Part shown: positions 30,695 to 40,151 of the stretch, piece after piece
Layout: each line of letters starts with the position of its first letter
How positions within the stretch are numbered: position 1 is the first letter of the stretch
Source of the DNA: Waterburya sp.
GTDB lineage: Bacteria; Cyanobacteriota; Cyanobacteriia; Cyanobacteriales; Xenococcaceae
Length of the DNA: 64,000 bases
Direction of reading: 5' to 3'
Assembly: GCA_965217895.1 (NCBI GenBank)
Contig: CBDCJV010000002.1
Location: 4,448,001-4,512,000, forward strand
Program-made: the position numbers and the translations under genes
Notes under the pieces: generated by a model
The model's database searches: none
Told to the model about the DNA's origin: nothing
Seen by the model: the letters and a program-made list of their open reading frames with translations, nothing else

Positions 30695-32770
30695 TTAGAC
30701 AGCTTTTTCAAGTCGAGAATTATAAGCAATGATCGCAATATTTTTGGCTTGTTCTTGCTTGCTTCCACCTAAAGGCTGTCGCGATTTTTCTATGGGAATC
30801 CTTACAATACTGGCTTTTTGACTTATAAAGTCTGTCAAACGACCGTAGCTCCAATTATGGACATTAACTCGATATTGTTTAGCATATTTTTTTTGACCTT
30901 CTTTATAGCCTAAGATTCTCTTTTCTGCTCTGGCTTGAACTTCGCTTTGGGTAATTTCTCGAATCTGACTAACTTCGGGCAGAACAATACTGCTAACGTG
31001 AAAAGATCGAGCAAGTTCTACAATGGCATCGGCAAATAATCGATCTATATGTTTACCTAAATTTGACTCTCCAAAGTTACTAGGGGAATTTCGCTTCTGT
31101 GCTTTATGACGTTTAATAGATAGCCTTTGTTTTTCTTGTCTTTGACGATTCAGCAACTTATAATTTTTGCCCAACAATTGTTTTGCACTACGATAAGTTA
31201 AGACTCGACCGCTAATTACATCAACTACCGCTACTGTAGTAGGGTTTTCCAAACCTAAAGATACTCCCAGAATAATTGATGGATTTTCTTGGTATAAATC
31301 TTCATGAGGTCGATCTGGAAGATTTTGTAAGTTAGCTAATTGAGTCTGTTTTCTCTTAATATGCTTTTGTTGTTCCGAATCAAGATCGCCTTTTTCTTGA
31401 GTTTGAGCGATTGCTTTTTTTGAGCTATTAGTTTTCTGCTCTGCTATTAATACGGTACCTTCTTTTGACCATAATCTAGTATCTATTGAACATTGAAGGT
31501 AAAGTTTGTGATTATTCCAAGGCTGCTCTTTACTTAGTCGTGTTGTTAGTTGTCTATAACTATGAAGCATAGATAATGCTAGATTATAGTCTCGATCGAG
31601 AAACAGCAAAAGACAAGCACGACTAATCGTTTTCTTACTTTTATGTCGCTTTTGTTTTCCTTCTCTCCATAAAATTCGTCCAGATCTTAGACTAAAAAGT
31701 GCGCTAGATAATTCACTATCTCTAAGTCCGTCCTTTTTGTCTTGCTTACTTTTCTCTTTGAGTTTTTGGTCTTCTAAAAAACGCCGAAACCAATCTAACT
31801 GTCTAGTATCACAACGAATCTCAAACCTATGTTTGCCTAAACCATTAAACTGAACGGACAAATTTCCTTGCTCGTCTCCTAGCCAAGTTAAATCAGTGTT
31901 ACTTTCATAAGCTATGGGATAAGGAACAGCAAAAGATTTTCTTAAAAGGTTATCCTGCAAAGATCGAGCTTCAATGTTGCCTTCAGGTGCGTAATTATCG
32001 TTAATCTTTTCTAGAGTTTGATTCCAGAATCTATTTTGTAGGTCTCTTCCGTTAGGAAGACGACTTCTTAGTTGCTTTTGAAGGTTTTCGATTTCTATTT
32101 CTTTTTTACGTCGACGCAGCGCATACCCTTCTGGATCTTCGTCATCTTCGTTTTTTTCATCAATCTGGCAACCATTTTTGAGAAGATACACTATGGCGCA
32201 TTTGCTGGCACTATCAAGAGTTTCATCGTATCTGTCAAGCAAAGAATTAAAGATAGTAGAGCTTTTTTTCTTGGATTTAGTTTTTTTCCGTTTTTTATGC
32301 TTCTTTTTAGGATTGATTTTTTGTTTATCTATTTGCTGCTCGATTTGCTGAAGTATTTTGAGTGCCAGGAGTCTAATTTCTGCCAAATCTTTGCCAGACT
32401 CTGTTTCTAATTCGCGATCGCTTTTTAGAATTGTCAACCAGCGTTGTTTTCTTTCAATTCTCTGACGTAGTTTCTTCTGAACTTTTAGCCAGGATTTAAA
32501 CATATAGTGAACTAAGGCGATTGCTGAAGTGTAAAAGCGTCCTGGTTGATTGGCAAAAGGTTCTCGTTTTTTGAGCGGAGCGCATAGCTCTTTAATAGGT
32601 TCCTGTGGCAAAGTCCCTTTCTCAAACCACTCTTTAAAATCTTTATGATCGGGTACTTGAACTAATAATTCATTGATTAAGGGTGTATTTTTCAAGGTCA
32701 TTAATTCCCAAAGATATTTTAATGACTCTGATTTGGCTACTATTCGACATTCGATGGTTTTAACGCTCAT
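30695..32770 (-). CDS. cas12k: Type V-K effector Cas12k, 691 aa
   Basis: LWELM..KNTPLINELL, QPGRFYTSAI, inactive RuvC GVSLGLENP and YRVNVHNWSYGRL motifs. Confidence 0.96.
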   Translation of the reverse strand: MSVKTIECRIVAKSESLKYLWELMTLKNTPLINELLVQVPDHKDFKEWFEKGTLPQEPIKELCAPLKKREPFANQPGRFYTSAIALVHYMFKSWLKVQKKLRQRIERKQRWLTILKSDRELETESGKDLAEIRLLALKILQQIEQQIDKQKINPKKKHKKRKKTKSKKKSSTIFNSLLDRYDETLDSASKCAIVYLLKNGCQIDEKNEDDEDPEGYALRRRKKEIEIENLQKQLRSRLPNGRDLQNRFWNQTLEKINDNYAPEGNIEARSLQDNLLRKSFAVPYPIAYESNTDLTWLGDEQGNLSVQFNGLGKHRFEIRCDTRQLDWFRRFLEDQKLKEKSKQDKKDGLRDSELSSALFSLRSGRILWREGKQKRHKSKKTISRACLLLFLDRDYNLALSMLHSYRQLTTRLSKEQPWNNHKLYLQCSIDTRLWSKEGTVLIAEQKTNSSKKAIAQTQEKGDLDSEQQKHIKRKQTQLANLQNLPDRPHEDLYQENPSIILGVSLGLENPTTVAVVDVISGRVLTYRSAKQLLGKNYKLLNRQRQEKQRLSIKRHKAQKRNSPSNFGESNLGKHIDRLFADAIVELARSFHVSSIVLPEVSQIREITQSEVQARAEKRILGYKEGQKKYAKQYRVNVHNWSYGRLTDFISQKASIVRIPIEKSRQPLGGSKQEQAKNIAIIAYNSRLEKAV

Positions 32771-32883
32771 GAAATTAGCTCACCTATTAATACAAGCTTA
32801 TTAATATAATAGGCGATCGCTAAACTAAAATTAATAATTTTTAGTCCCAAAACGCGAGTATTTTGTTTTTCTTAACAGTCTGA

Positions 32884-33099
32884 TTAAAAGATTATTTTCT
32901 TAATTTGATTCAACTGATCTGCCAAGCTAAGAGTTCGTAAAACGTGATCGGGATGTTTTTCAAATTTTTTGCCCCAATTGCCAACAGTTCTAGGGCTTAA
33001 GCCAGTAGCCTCTGCTAGAGCATTGAGACAAGCTTTTCTAAATCCTCTTTGTTCTGGGGATAATTCTACCCACTTTTGACAGTATTCCCAAGGGGTCAA
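32884..33099 (-). CDS. Small putative HTH protein upstream of cas12k
   Basis: LAEATGLSPRTVGNW HTH-like segment; TTG start uncertain. Confidence 0.6.
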   Translation of the reverse strand: MTPWEYCQKWVELSPEQRGFRKACLNALAEATGLSPRTVGNWGKKFEKHPDHVLRTLSLADQLNQIKKIIF

Positions 33100-33328
33100 T
33101 GTAGATAATTGAGCGCATCAGTTTTATCTTCAATCTTTTGTTTACCTATGTCTATAAATACTAAAAAGATAATTATATAAATAGTCATAGATCGTGACTA
33201 ATTATTACTCATGAATTATGATTACGCTAATTTAGTGAGTTATTGCGCTCTAAAAAGCATACTCAAGCTGGTTTGGCTCAAACTTTAAACTAGTAATGAA
33301 GCTAAAAGCGTATTTTGTCAGTTGAATA

Positions 33329-34285
33329 TTAGCTTTTGCAGTAGGTTTGGTAAGCTTTTTGAAATTCTGCTGCTATTGCATCTGCAAACCAATCGGGATT
33401 TAAAATCTCAGCATTAGAACCATATTGCATGATCCTTTGTCGAAACCAAAATAAACAATCTTCATTGGTTTTTATTTCTACCCATTCACGATCGCAATCA
33501 CTGTCTACTATTTGCTCGCGATCGCGACGAGGCTGATAGTTGCTCATGCCTTTACTAAGACGATATGTAATTGGTAATGTTGCAAACACAGTAGCAATCC
33601 ATTGGATTTGTGATGGCGGAAACACTCGAAGAATGCGATCTACTCTAAAAGGCTGATTTTTCTCTACCCAATGATTACGGTAATTCCAATTTGGAAGATA
33701 GGCAAAAAGATAAAGAACTCCATTGTGCAGTCTTAATTCCGAGCGATCTATATCCCAATTGTTTTCTTTGCCTTTGCTACTTCGATATCGAATTGAGTAC
33801 CGACACCCTTTATCAATTCTTTCTTGAAGTTGTGTCACAATCTTTTGAATTTTTGTTTCAGCATAGTCTACTGGAGGGCTAAAGTTAACTTTAAGATTAG
33901 GTAACTGCTTTCTATCATCTAAGTTGCCTATTCGTGCGATTTGTCCCGCTTTAGCGGAAAAACCCATGTCAGACAACATATAGGCTGCGGTGCATAATGC
34001 TTGTTGTTGTTGCTCGGAAAGAAGAAGGGGAAAACTAGATTCTAATAATTTATAAGGTTTGCTTGGCGCACTCTCTATTTTAAAACCACAATTTTTAAGC
34101 TTGCTAATGATTCTCGTTACTTTCTGTAAAGTATCTCCGTCTTCTTTTCCATATCTAGCAAGAAATTGACCCATTTCATCGGCTAATTCTGTTCTTTTTC
34201 TCGGTTTCTCTGCCAACAGCCTAATTATTTGAAGGACAAAAGCAACCTGGCTATATTCGTTATCATTTTTTGATGTCATATCCAA
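33329..34285 (-). CDS. WYL-domain transcriptional regulator of the I-D locus
   Basis: N-terminal wHTH; LYLFAY..FRVDRI WYL motif; divergent from cas3. Confidence 0.9.
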   Translation of the reverse strand: MDMTSKNDNEYSQVAFVLQIIRLLAEKPRKRTELADEMGQFLARYGKEDGDTLQKVTRIISKLKNCGFKIESAPSKPYKLLESSFPLLLSEQQQQALCTAAYMLSDMGFSAKAGQIARIGNLDDRKQLPNLKVNFSPPVDYAETKIQKIVTQLQERIDKGCRYSIRYRSSKGKENNWDIDRSELRLHNGVLYLFAYLPNWNYRNHWVEKNQPFRVDRILRVFPPSQIQWIATVFATLPITYRLSKGMSNYQPRRDREQIVDSDCDREWVEIKTNEDCLFWFRQRIMQYGSNAEILNPDWFADAIAAEFQKAYQTYCKS

Positions 34286-34375
34286 ATATTGGAGTGTATA
34301 AACTAAGAAAATAAATAGATTATACTAACGTAGATTATTTTTTAGTTTTTTTTTAAAAATGGAGTAGCTCTACAA

Positions 34376-34555
34376 ATGCCAACTGTAGAACAAGCTAAAC
34401 AAACTGTAATACTGTTGCATTGGATATCAACTTATTTTCAGCCAATTAATATTGCTAGATACGATCGCAAATATAAGACAATCTATATCTAAGTAGGTGA
34501 GACAGACAGCATTGCTTTAATTATTGAATTTAATGGTAGGTGGAAATTTGTCTAA
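34376..34555 (+). pseudogene. Inactivated first gene of a small two-gene pair (DUF6888-like by recall)
   Basis: MPTVEQAKQTVILLHWISTYFQPINIARYDRKYKTIYI*VGETDSIALIIEFNGRWKFV; in-frame TAA at 34490; paralog of 37869-38051. Confidence 0.75.
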
Positions 34556-34742
34556 ACCAATTACTGAAATGACCATAGCGGAATTAAAAAGCTGTTTATC
34601 TAAACATAGAAATGACGACGAAAAGTTCAGTCAGGCTATGGGCAAATTATTGAAAAAACTGCCAGATCGAGAAAGATGGAATCAACCTTTCGCCAGTCTA
34701 GAAGGTGCAGAACAGTTTTTTCAACAAAATCCTCTTCAATAG
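34548..34742 (+). CDS. Small helical protein (DUF6887-like by recall), putative antitoxin
   Basis: EMTIAELKSCLSKHRNDDE; TTG start overlaps the upstream stop exactly as in the paralogous pair. Confidence 0.7.
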   Translation: MSKPITEMTIAELKSCLSKHRNDDEKFSQAMGKLLKKLPDRERWNQPFASLEGAEQFFQQNPLQ

Positions 34743-34747
34743 TGGTA

Positions 34748-34799
34748 TTGTCATTTTCTGACTAGGTGATTTTCTAAATCGGGATTAAATTAGCAACAG
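34748..34799 (+). promoter_or_regulatory. cas3 promoter with GTCA-N5-TGAC inverted repeat
   Basis: 39/52 identical to 40048-40099 upstream of cas10d. Confidence 0.75.
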
Positions 34800-34830
34800 T
34801 TCATGCGAAAACTGTTGACTATGACTGAAT

Positions 34831-36927
34831 ATGAAAATAATTCTTAAGCCTTTATACTCAAAGCTAAATGTTGGGGTGCAAGGTTGCCCTGTAGGATGTC
34901 AAAGCACTTGTAAAGTAAAACCATATTTAGCTTGCGATAGTGAATGTCCGCTATCTTCTCATCAAGCACAAACTTATAAACACATAACTCAATCGGATGC
35001 AGATATTATCTTCAACACTTCTGCAACGGGTGATGGTAAGTCTTTAGCTGCTTACTTACCTGGATTGCTAAATAGCCAATTTCGGACAATGGGCTTGTAT
35101 CCAACAATTGAATTAGTAGAAGATCAAACCAAACAGCAAAAGGAATATCATACTCGTTTCGATCTCGATCCTATGTATCGAATAGATCGTCTTTATGGCA
35201 TGGAATTAAGCCGTAGGATAAAAGAACAAGACACAGATCGCTTCAATGTTTTGCTGCAATCCATAGAACAAAAGCCAGTTATTTTAACTAATCCCGATAT
35301 TTTCCATTTTATTACTCATTTTCGCTATCGCAATCCTGCTAGAAGTGCAGAAACTTTACCTTTTGCTTTAGCAGACTTTCCCGATCTTTGGGTGTTTGAT
35401 GAATTTCATATTTTTGGTTGTCACCAAGAAACAGCAGCATTAAACAGCATGGCTTTAATTCGACAAGCTTCCCCAAGAAAAAGAAAGTTTTTATTTACCT
35501 CGGCAACTCCCAGAGAAGATTTTATTCAACAACTCAAACAGGCTGATTTTAAGGTAGCAGAAGTCAAAGGAGAGTATAGCAGCGAAAACCAACCTGGATA
35601 CAGGCAAATTTTGCAGAAAGTCGAACTGGAATTTGTTCGCTTAGAAAAAGATACCAATACACTAGATTGGCTGTGTCAGAATAGCGATCGCCTTGGCACA
35701 AGTCTGGAAGCAGAAACAAGAGGTAGAGGCTTAGTTATTGTTAATTCTGTTGCTTTGGCAGGTAAAGCAGTAGCAAGATTAGAAGGATTATTACCTGATG
35801 TGATTGTCAAAGAAATTAGCGGAAGATGCGATCGCCAGGAAAAAGACGAAACGCGAAAACAATTAGAAAATGAGAATAAACCTGTCTTAGTAGTTGGGAC
35901 ATCGGCGGTTGATGTGGGAGTGGACTTCAAGATTCACTTACTAATCTGTGAGGGTAGCGACTCAGCAACAGTCATTCAACGTTTGGGACGATTAGGTCGT
36001 CATGCAGGGTTTAATAACTATCAGGCTTATGTATTAATTAACAACCATGCTTCTCATATAATTCCACGTCTGGAAGAAGAGATTAAAGATATTATCACCA
36101 GAGAACAATTAACCAAAGCTATTGAGTATGCTTTTAGTCCACCACAACAGTTTACTCAATATCGCCATAAGTGGGGTGCATTGCAAGCACAAGGAATGTT
36201 AACTGAGATGATGCGAGAAAATCCCAAGGTAATGAAACTGACTAGCGATCGCGTTAAAGCAGACTTACAGTACATTTATGGGAATAAGCTAGAATCGGCG
36301 CGTAAATACTGGTATAAGTTAAGCCAGCAGGAAAACGAAGTAGATAAAGCAATACAGACAGAAATATTGCGTTTTCGCGGTGGTTCGACTTTACAAGCTG
36401 CGGTGTGGGATGGCAAAAGATTTTATCAATACGATCTGCTGCGGTTTTTACCCTATGCCCTTGTAGAAATAATCGATCGCGATACTTATATTGCTGCTGC
36501 TACCAAACACAATCACATTGAAGAAGAATTTAATAAGAAATATATTGATGTCTATGTGCGGGTAACTGACTGGTTAGATAAGCGTCAACCCATAGAAATT
36601 AAGTGTAATCGCTACAGTCATAAATTGGAAATAGGTAATTTGTTTTTAGGCGATCGTCTAACCATAACAGGACATCCTCAATCTGAAGTAGCTAATTGTT
36701 TAAATGGCAAGAAATTACTCAGTTTTTTGATTTATCTCGGTAAAAAAAGCCAGTGGGATGTGGCGCGGATTTTGAAATTGAGTCCTTTGTTTGGATTATA
36801 TTGTCTCACTGACGGATCGAGTAATAGTTACGCTTGTGCTTTCAATCAAGATGCGATGTTACTAGAAGCTTTAAAGTTTAACTTGCCTAGAGAATTGCGC
36901 GATCGCCCTAACTGTATAATTCTCTAG
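34831..36927 (+). CDS. cas3: Type I-D helicase Cas3' (no HD domain)
   Basis: ATGDGKS, DEFH, SAT and QRLGRLGRH helicase motifs. Confidence 0.93.
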   Translation: MKIILKPLYSKLNVGVQGCPVGCQSTCKVKPYLACDSECPLSSHQAQTYKHITQSDADIIFNTSATGDGKSLAAYLPGLLNSQFRTMGLYPTIELVEDQTKQQKEYHTRFDLDPMYRIDRLYGMELSRRIKEQDTDRFNVLLQSIEQKPVILTNPDIFHFITHFRYRNPARSAETLPFALADFPDLWVFDEFHIFGCHQETAALNSMALIRQASPRKRKFLFTSATPREDFIQQLKQADFKVAEVKGEYSSENQPGYRQILQKVELEFVRLEKDTNTLDWLCQNSDRLGTSLEAETRGRGLVIVNSVALAGKAVARLEGLLPDVIVKEISGRCDRQEKDETRKQLENENKPVLVVGTSAVDVGVDFKIHLLICEGSDSATVIQRLGRLGRHAGFNNYQAYVLINNHASHIIPRLEEEIKDIITREQLTKAIEYAFSPPQQFTQYRHKWGALQAQGMLTEMMRENPKVMKLTSDRVKADLQYIYGNKLESARKYWYKLSQQENEVDKAIQTEILRFRGGSTLQAAVWDGKRFYQYDLLRFLPYALVEIIDRDTYIAAATKHNHIEEEFNKKYIDVYVRVTDWLDKRQPIEIKCNRYSHKLEIGNLFLGDRLTITGHPQSEVANCLNGKKLLSFLIYLGKKSQWDVARILKLSPLFGLYCLTDGSSNSYACAFNQDAMLLEALKFNLPRELRDRPNCIIL

Positions 36928-37190
36928 CAATAATGATACCTACATTGTAAAAAGATAAGTTTGTCGGAACTGACTTGATACACCAGCCTATGTTCTTGTG
37001 TGATTCTTCTCGACCATCTTGAACCTGAAAAATATTTAAGGTGTTCTGGTTTACCAATTCCCTCAAAAGGATTTGCAATGGTAGCTTCGACTAAATTTAA
37101 AATGCGATCGCTTATCTTCTTGTCTTTCTTAAACCACCACCGTAAATCTTCTCTAAACTGGCGATCAAAAACTACTGCCCGATTAGTCAA
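36924..37190 (-). CDS. yoeB: Txe/YoeB-family toxin
   Basis: PFEGIGKPEHLK..WSRRITQEHRLVY...CRYHY. Confidence 0.93.
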   Translation of the reverse strand: MTNRAVVFDRQFREDLRWWFKKDKKISDRILNLVEATIANPFEGIGKPEHLKYFSGSRWSRRITQEHRLVYQVSSDKLIFLQCRYHYC

Positions 37191-37473
37191 TCTCTAATTC
37201 CTCACACAGTTGTTTTAAGGTTTGAGATTCTATCTCTTCTCCTTCTAGTCGATCTGCTCGTTCCATCGCAGCGAAGAGCTTTTGGGCATTAGCTGGGGAT
37301 TTTAATAAATGAAGAGTCTCCATCATGCTGGCAAGTTCTGAAGCTGCCAGGATAGCAACGTCTTCTTTTCCTGTTCTACTAACTATTATACAGCCACGAT
37401 CTTCGATAACTTCGTCGAGAACAGATGCTAGATTTTGGCGCAAGTTGGTATAGTTTGTCTGTTTGGCTAACAT
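37183..37473 (-). CDS. yefM: Phd/YefM-family antitoxin
   Basis: YTNLRQNLASVLDEV...ETLHLLKSPANA; GTAC operator-like repeats upstream. Confidence 0.92.
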   Translation of the reverse strand: MLAKQTNYTNLRQNLASVLDEVIEDRGCIIVSRTGKEDVAILAASELASMMETLHLLKSPANAQKLFAAMERADRLEGEEIESQTLKQLCEELEID

Positions 37474-37681
37474 ATTTGAGTACTTATATCTGTACTTATT
37501 ATAGCTCTTTTCAGTTAACAGTTATCAGTTAGCAGAAATCTAAAAATATAGAGTATTTCAGTCCCGCAATTGGGATTTTAAGGTTTTCAACGAGAAGGAA
37601 AGCGGATTATCTCTCAGCTTGATTGCGCGTTTCAGTCCCGTAATTGGGATTTCGTGGTTTTCAACCCACGAGTAGCTAGTT

Positions 37682-37876
37682 TCAGATAACTTGAGAAATA
37701 AAGTCACTAATAAATTGCTTCTGTTCTTCCCAAGTCGCGTCTTTCGGAACTTCCTGCCAGTCAGATTTTTGAGCAAATAAGTTGTATGCTTTTTGCCATT
37801 CTTCATGATTGTCTTTGTTGTCTTTCATGTATTGGCTAAGTTGCTCAAGAGTCATGTTTTCAATTGTTTCAGACAA
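37682..37876 (-). CDS. Small helical protein (DUF6887-like by recall) inside the CRISPR array
   Basis: ENMTLEQLSQYMKDNKDNHEEWQKAY; GGAGG RBS before the TTG at 37876. Confidence 0.75.
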   Translation of the reverse strand: MSETIENMTLEQLSQYMKDNKDNHEEWQKAYNLFAQKSDWQEVPKDATWEEQKQFISDFISQVI

Positions 37877-38051
37877 ATTTGAACCTCCCGTTTTCATTTA
37901 TTATCATTTTAATCTGCTTATCTTTAAATCCTGCTTCTATGCGAATTAATCTGTCACCTTCAAAATATCGAAAAACTCTAATCGGCAAGCTTTTGGAAGT
38001 TAAAAATTCGCATAAAATACAGGCTCTTTGAGCTTGTTTGGCTGTAATCAT
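37869..38051 (-). CDS. 60-aa protein (DUF6888-like by recall) inside the CRISPR array
   Basis: MITAKQAQRACILCEFLT...INENGRFKFV; overlaps its partner; paralog at 34376. Confidence 0.75.
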   Translation of the reverse strand: MITAKQAQRACILCEFLTSKSLPIRVFRYFEGDRLIRIEAGFKDKQIKMIINENGRFKFV

Positions 38052-40047
38052 ACATATTTAATTATCTAGGTGCATTTGTTTGTTAAAACTCTCTACCTCT
38101 TAGTTTTCTGAGGTATTACGCCGTTAGTTTGTTTCGATAGTTTCAGTCCCGCAATTGAGATTTTGAGCTTTTCAACATTTTAAAGAGAAACAAGAAGAAT
38201 AGCCAAAATCTTGTTTCAGTCCCGTAATTGGGATTCTAAGGTTTTCAACGATATGGGTCTACTATTCAAATAGCAGAAGGAGACTAGTTTCAGTCCCGTA
38301 ATTGGGATTCTAAGGTTTTCAACACAGGTAGGTCAACGGTAGCTGAGTCATTGCGATCGCCGTTTCAGTCCCGTAATTGGGATTTTGAGGTTTTCAACCT
38401 AGCCAGGCAATATTTCCCAATCTAATAACAGTCCGTTTCAGTCCCGTAATTGGGATTTTGAGGTTTTCAACCGTGCATAACCAGCGCATTGACGCATCAA
38501 CGTTTTTGTTTCAGTCCCGTAATTGGGATTTTGAGGTTTTCAACTCCAAAGATTTTCTCAAGCAAGTGGAATCGGGTAACTGTTTCAGTCCCGTAATTGG
38601 GATTTTGAGGTTTTCAACAGCAATATTAACGATATTGTGATCGGGTTTATTGGCTCGTTTCAGTCCCGTAATTGGGATTTTGAGGTTTTCAACGTTAAAT
38701 TATTAGCTAGTTACGGAGTGCGATCGGTTTCAGTCCCGTAATTGGGATTTTGAGGTTTTCAACTTATCTCAGCCGTGGCGTTTGTCCCTTGTTCGTTGGT
38801 TTCAGTCCCGTAATTGGGATTTTGAGGTTTTCAACCAGAAGATGCTGTTCCTTTAGGCGATGCCAGTAAAAGTTTCAGTCCCGTAATTGGGATTTTGAGG
38901 TTTTCAACAAGTAGTAAGTAAAGATCTGAACTCATTACTCATGTTTCAGTCCCGTAATTGGGATTTTGAGGTTTTCAACAAAGCGGGTTCCCTAATAAAG
39001 ACCCGCTTTAACTTTGTTTCAGTCCCGTAATTGGGATTTTGAGGTTTTCAACCGTGACTGCGATCGCGGCAATTATGAAATTATTTAGTTTCAGTCCCGT
39101 AATTGGGATTTTGAGGTTTTCAACGTAGTTTACTGGTAGCTCACTCCTTACTAGTAGTCGTTTCAGTCCCGTAATTGGGATTTTGAGGTTTTCAACCGCG
39201 GTCAAATCAAAGCTCTTATAAGCTCGTGTTGTTTCAGTCCCGTAATTGGGATTTTGAGGTTTTCAACCATTCAGGAACAGCAGCTATACAGTCGTTTTCA
39301 GTTTCAGTCCCGTAATTGGGATTTTGAGGTTTTCAACAGCTATAGGTCTACGAACATAAAGCTCTCCCTATTGTTTCAGTCCCGTAATTGGGATTTTGAG
39401 GTTTTCAACTGCTAGCCATTCAAAAGCAAGCTTATAATGCAGATGTTTCAGTCCCGTAATTGGGATTTTGAGGTTTTCAACGTAGATGTGCGGGGCGTTT
39501 ACAGGCAAATGGGAAGGTTTCAGTCCCGTAATTGGGATTTTGAGGTTTTCAACCCTTAACGCTAGCGGGAACAGCAAACGCTTCTGGTTTCAGTCCCGTA
39601 ATTGGGATTTTGAGGTTTTCAACAATCATCCTAATGGAATTTACATACCAGTAATTATGTTTCAGTCCCGTAATTGGGATTTTGAGGTTTTCAACTTTCT
39701 GTGAAAATCATTGTGGAAGGTTGTAAATTTGTTGTTTCAGTCCCGTAATTGGGATTTTGAGGTTTTCAACTCCGCCACTCGAAACCATTATAAACAGAAG
39801 CTTTGACAATCAAAATTGTCGAACCTTTAATTTTTAGTTTCAAATCGAAAATTGAAATACGCATAATACAAACAGACAATTCCAGAAAGTATTTAATTAT
39901 CTAGGTTCTAGAATTTTGTCGAACCTCCCAGGGATTACGCCCAAGCTTAGGCTCATCAAAAAAAATATTTTCTGAATTGATATTAAAGCAACTATGATAA
40001 TGTGTCGAGCAAAATTGAAACAAAACTTTAACTAAAAAACTGAGTTG

Positions 40048-40099
40048 TTGTCATTTTTTGACTACGGCATTTCAAAAATCGGTCGTATATTGGGAACAG
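40048..40099 (+). promoter_or_regulatory. cas10d operon promoter with GTCA-N5-TGAC repeat
   Basis: Homologous to 34748-34799; TATATT -10-like hexamer. Confidence 0.75.
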
Positions 40100-40151
40100 C
40101 AAAAAACAAATCTACAAAAACCTGTTTACTGATGACTGATAGCTGAAAAAG

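Larger units (their letters stand above)
37555..39770 (-). CRISPR. Type I-D array 1, repeat GTTGAAAACCTCAAAATCCCAATTACGGGACTGAAAC: 23 repeats at 38140-39770 plus 2 distal repeats at 37555-37665, separated by a gene cassette
   Basis: 37-nt repeats with 33-38-nt spacers; degeneracy increases leftward; leader at 39771-39960. Confidence 0.97.

Noticed and set aside
37545..37554. Sequence after the last array-1 repeat (ACTCTATATT) matches the tracrRNA at 30462-30471 after GTA
   Set aside because: Only 10 AT-rich nt with no closing repeat; plausible by chance given the many comparisons made
37666..37678. 13-nt spacer stub partly matching 34362-34369 upstream of the paralogous pair
   Set aside because: 8-nt match with a mismatch at position 1; too short to support a regulatory guide
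39554..39586. Spacer shares GGGAACAGCAAA with the cas10d upstream region at 40092
   Set aside because: 12-nt internal match outside the seed; no full self-targeting spacer was seen by eye in the window
37558..39704. ORF-track entries within array 1 (also 29991-30227, 29995-30198 and 48210-48407)
   Set aside because: Translations of CRISPR repeats or leaders
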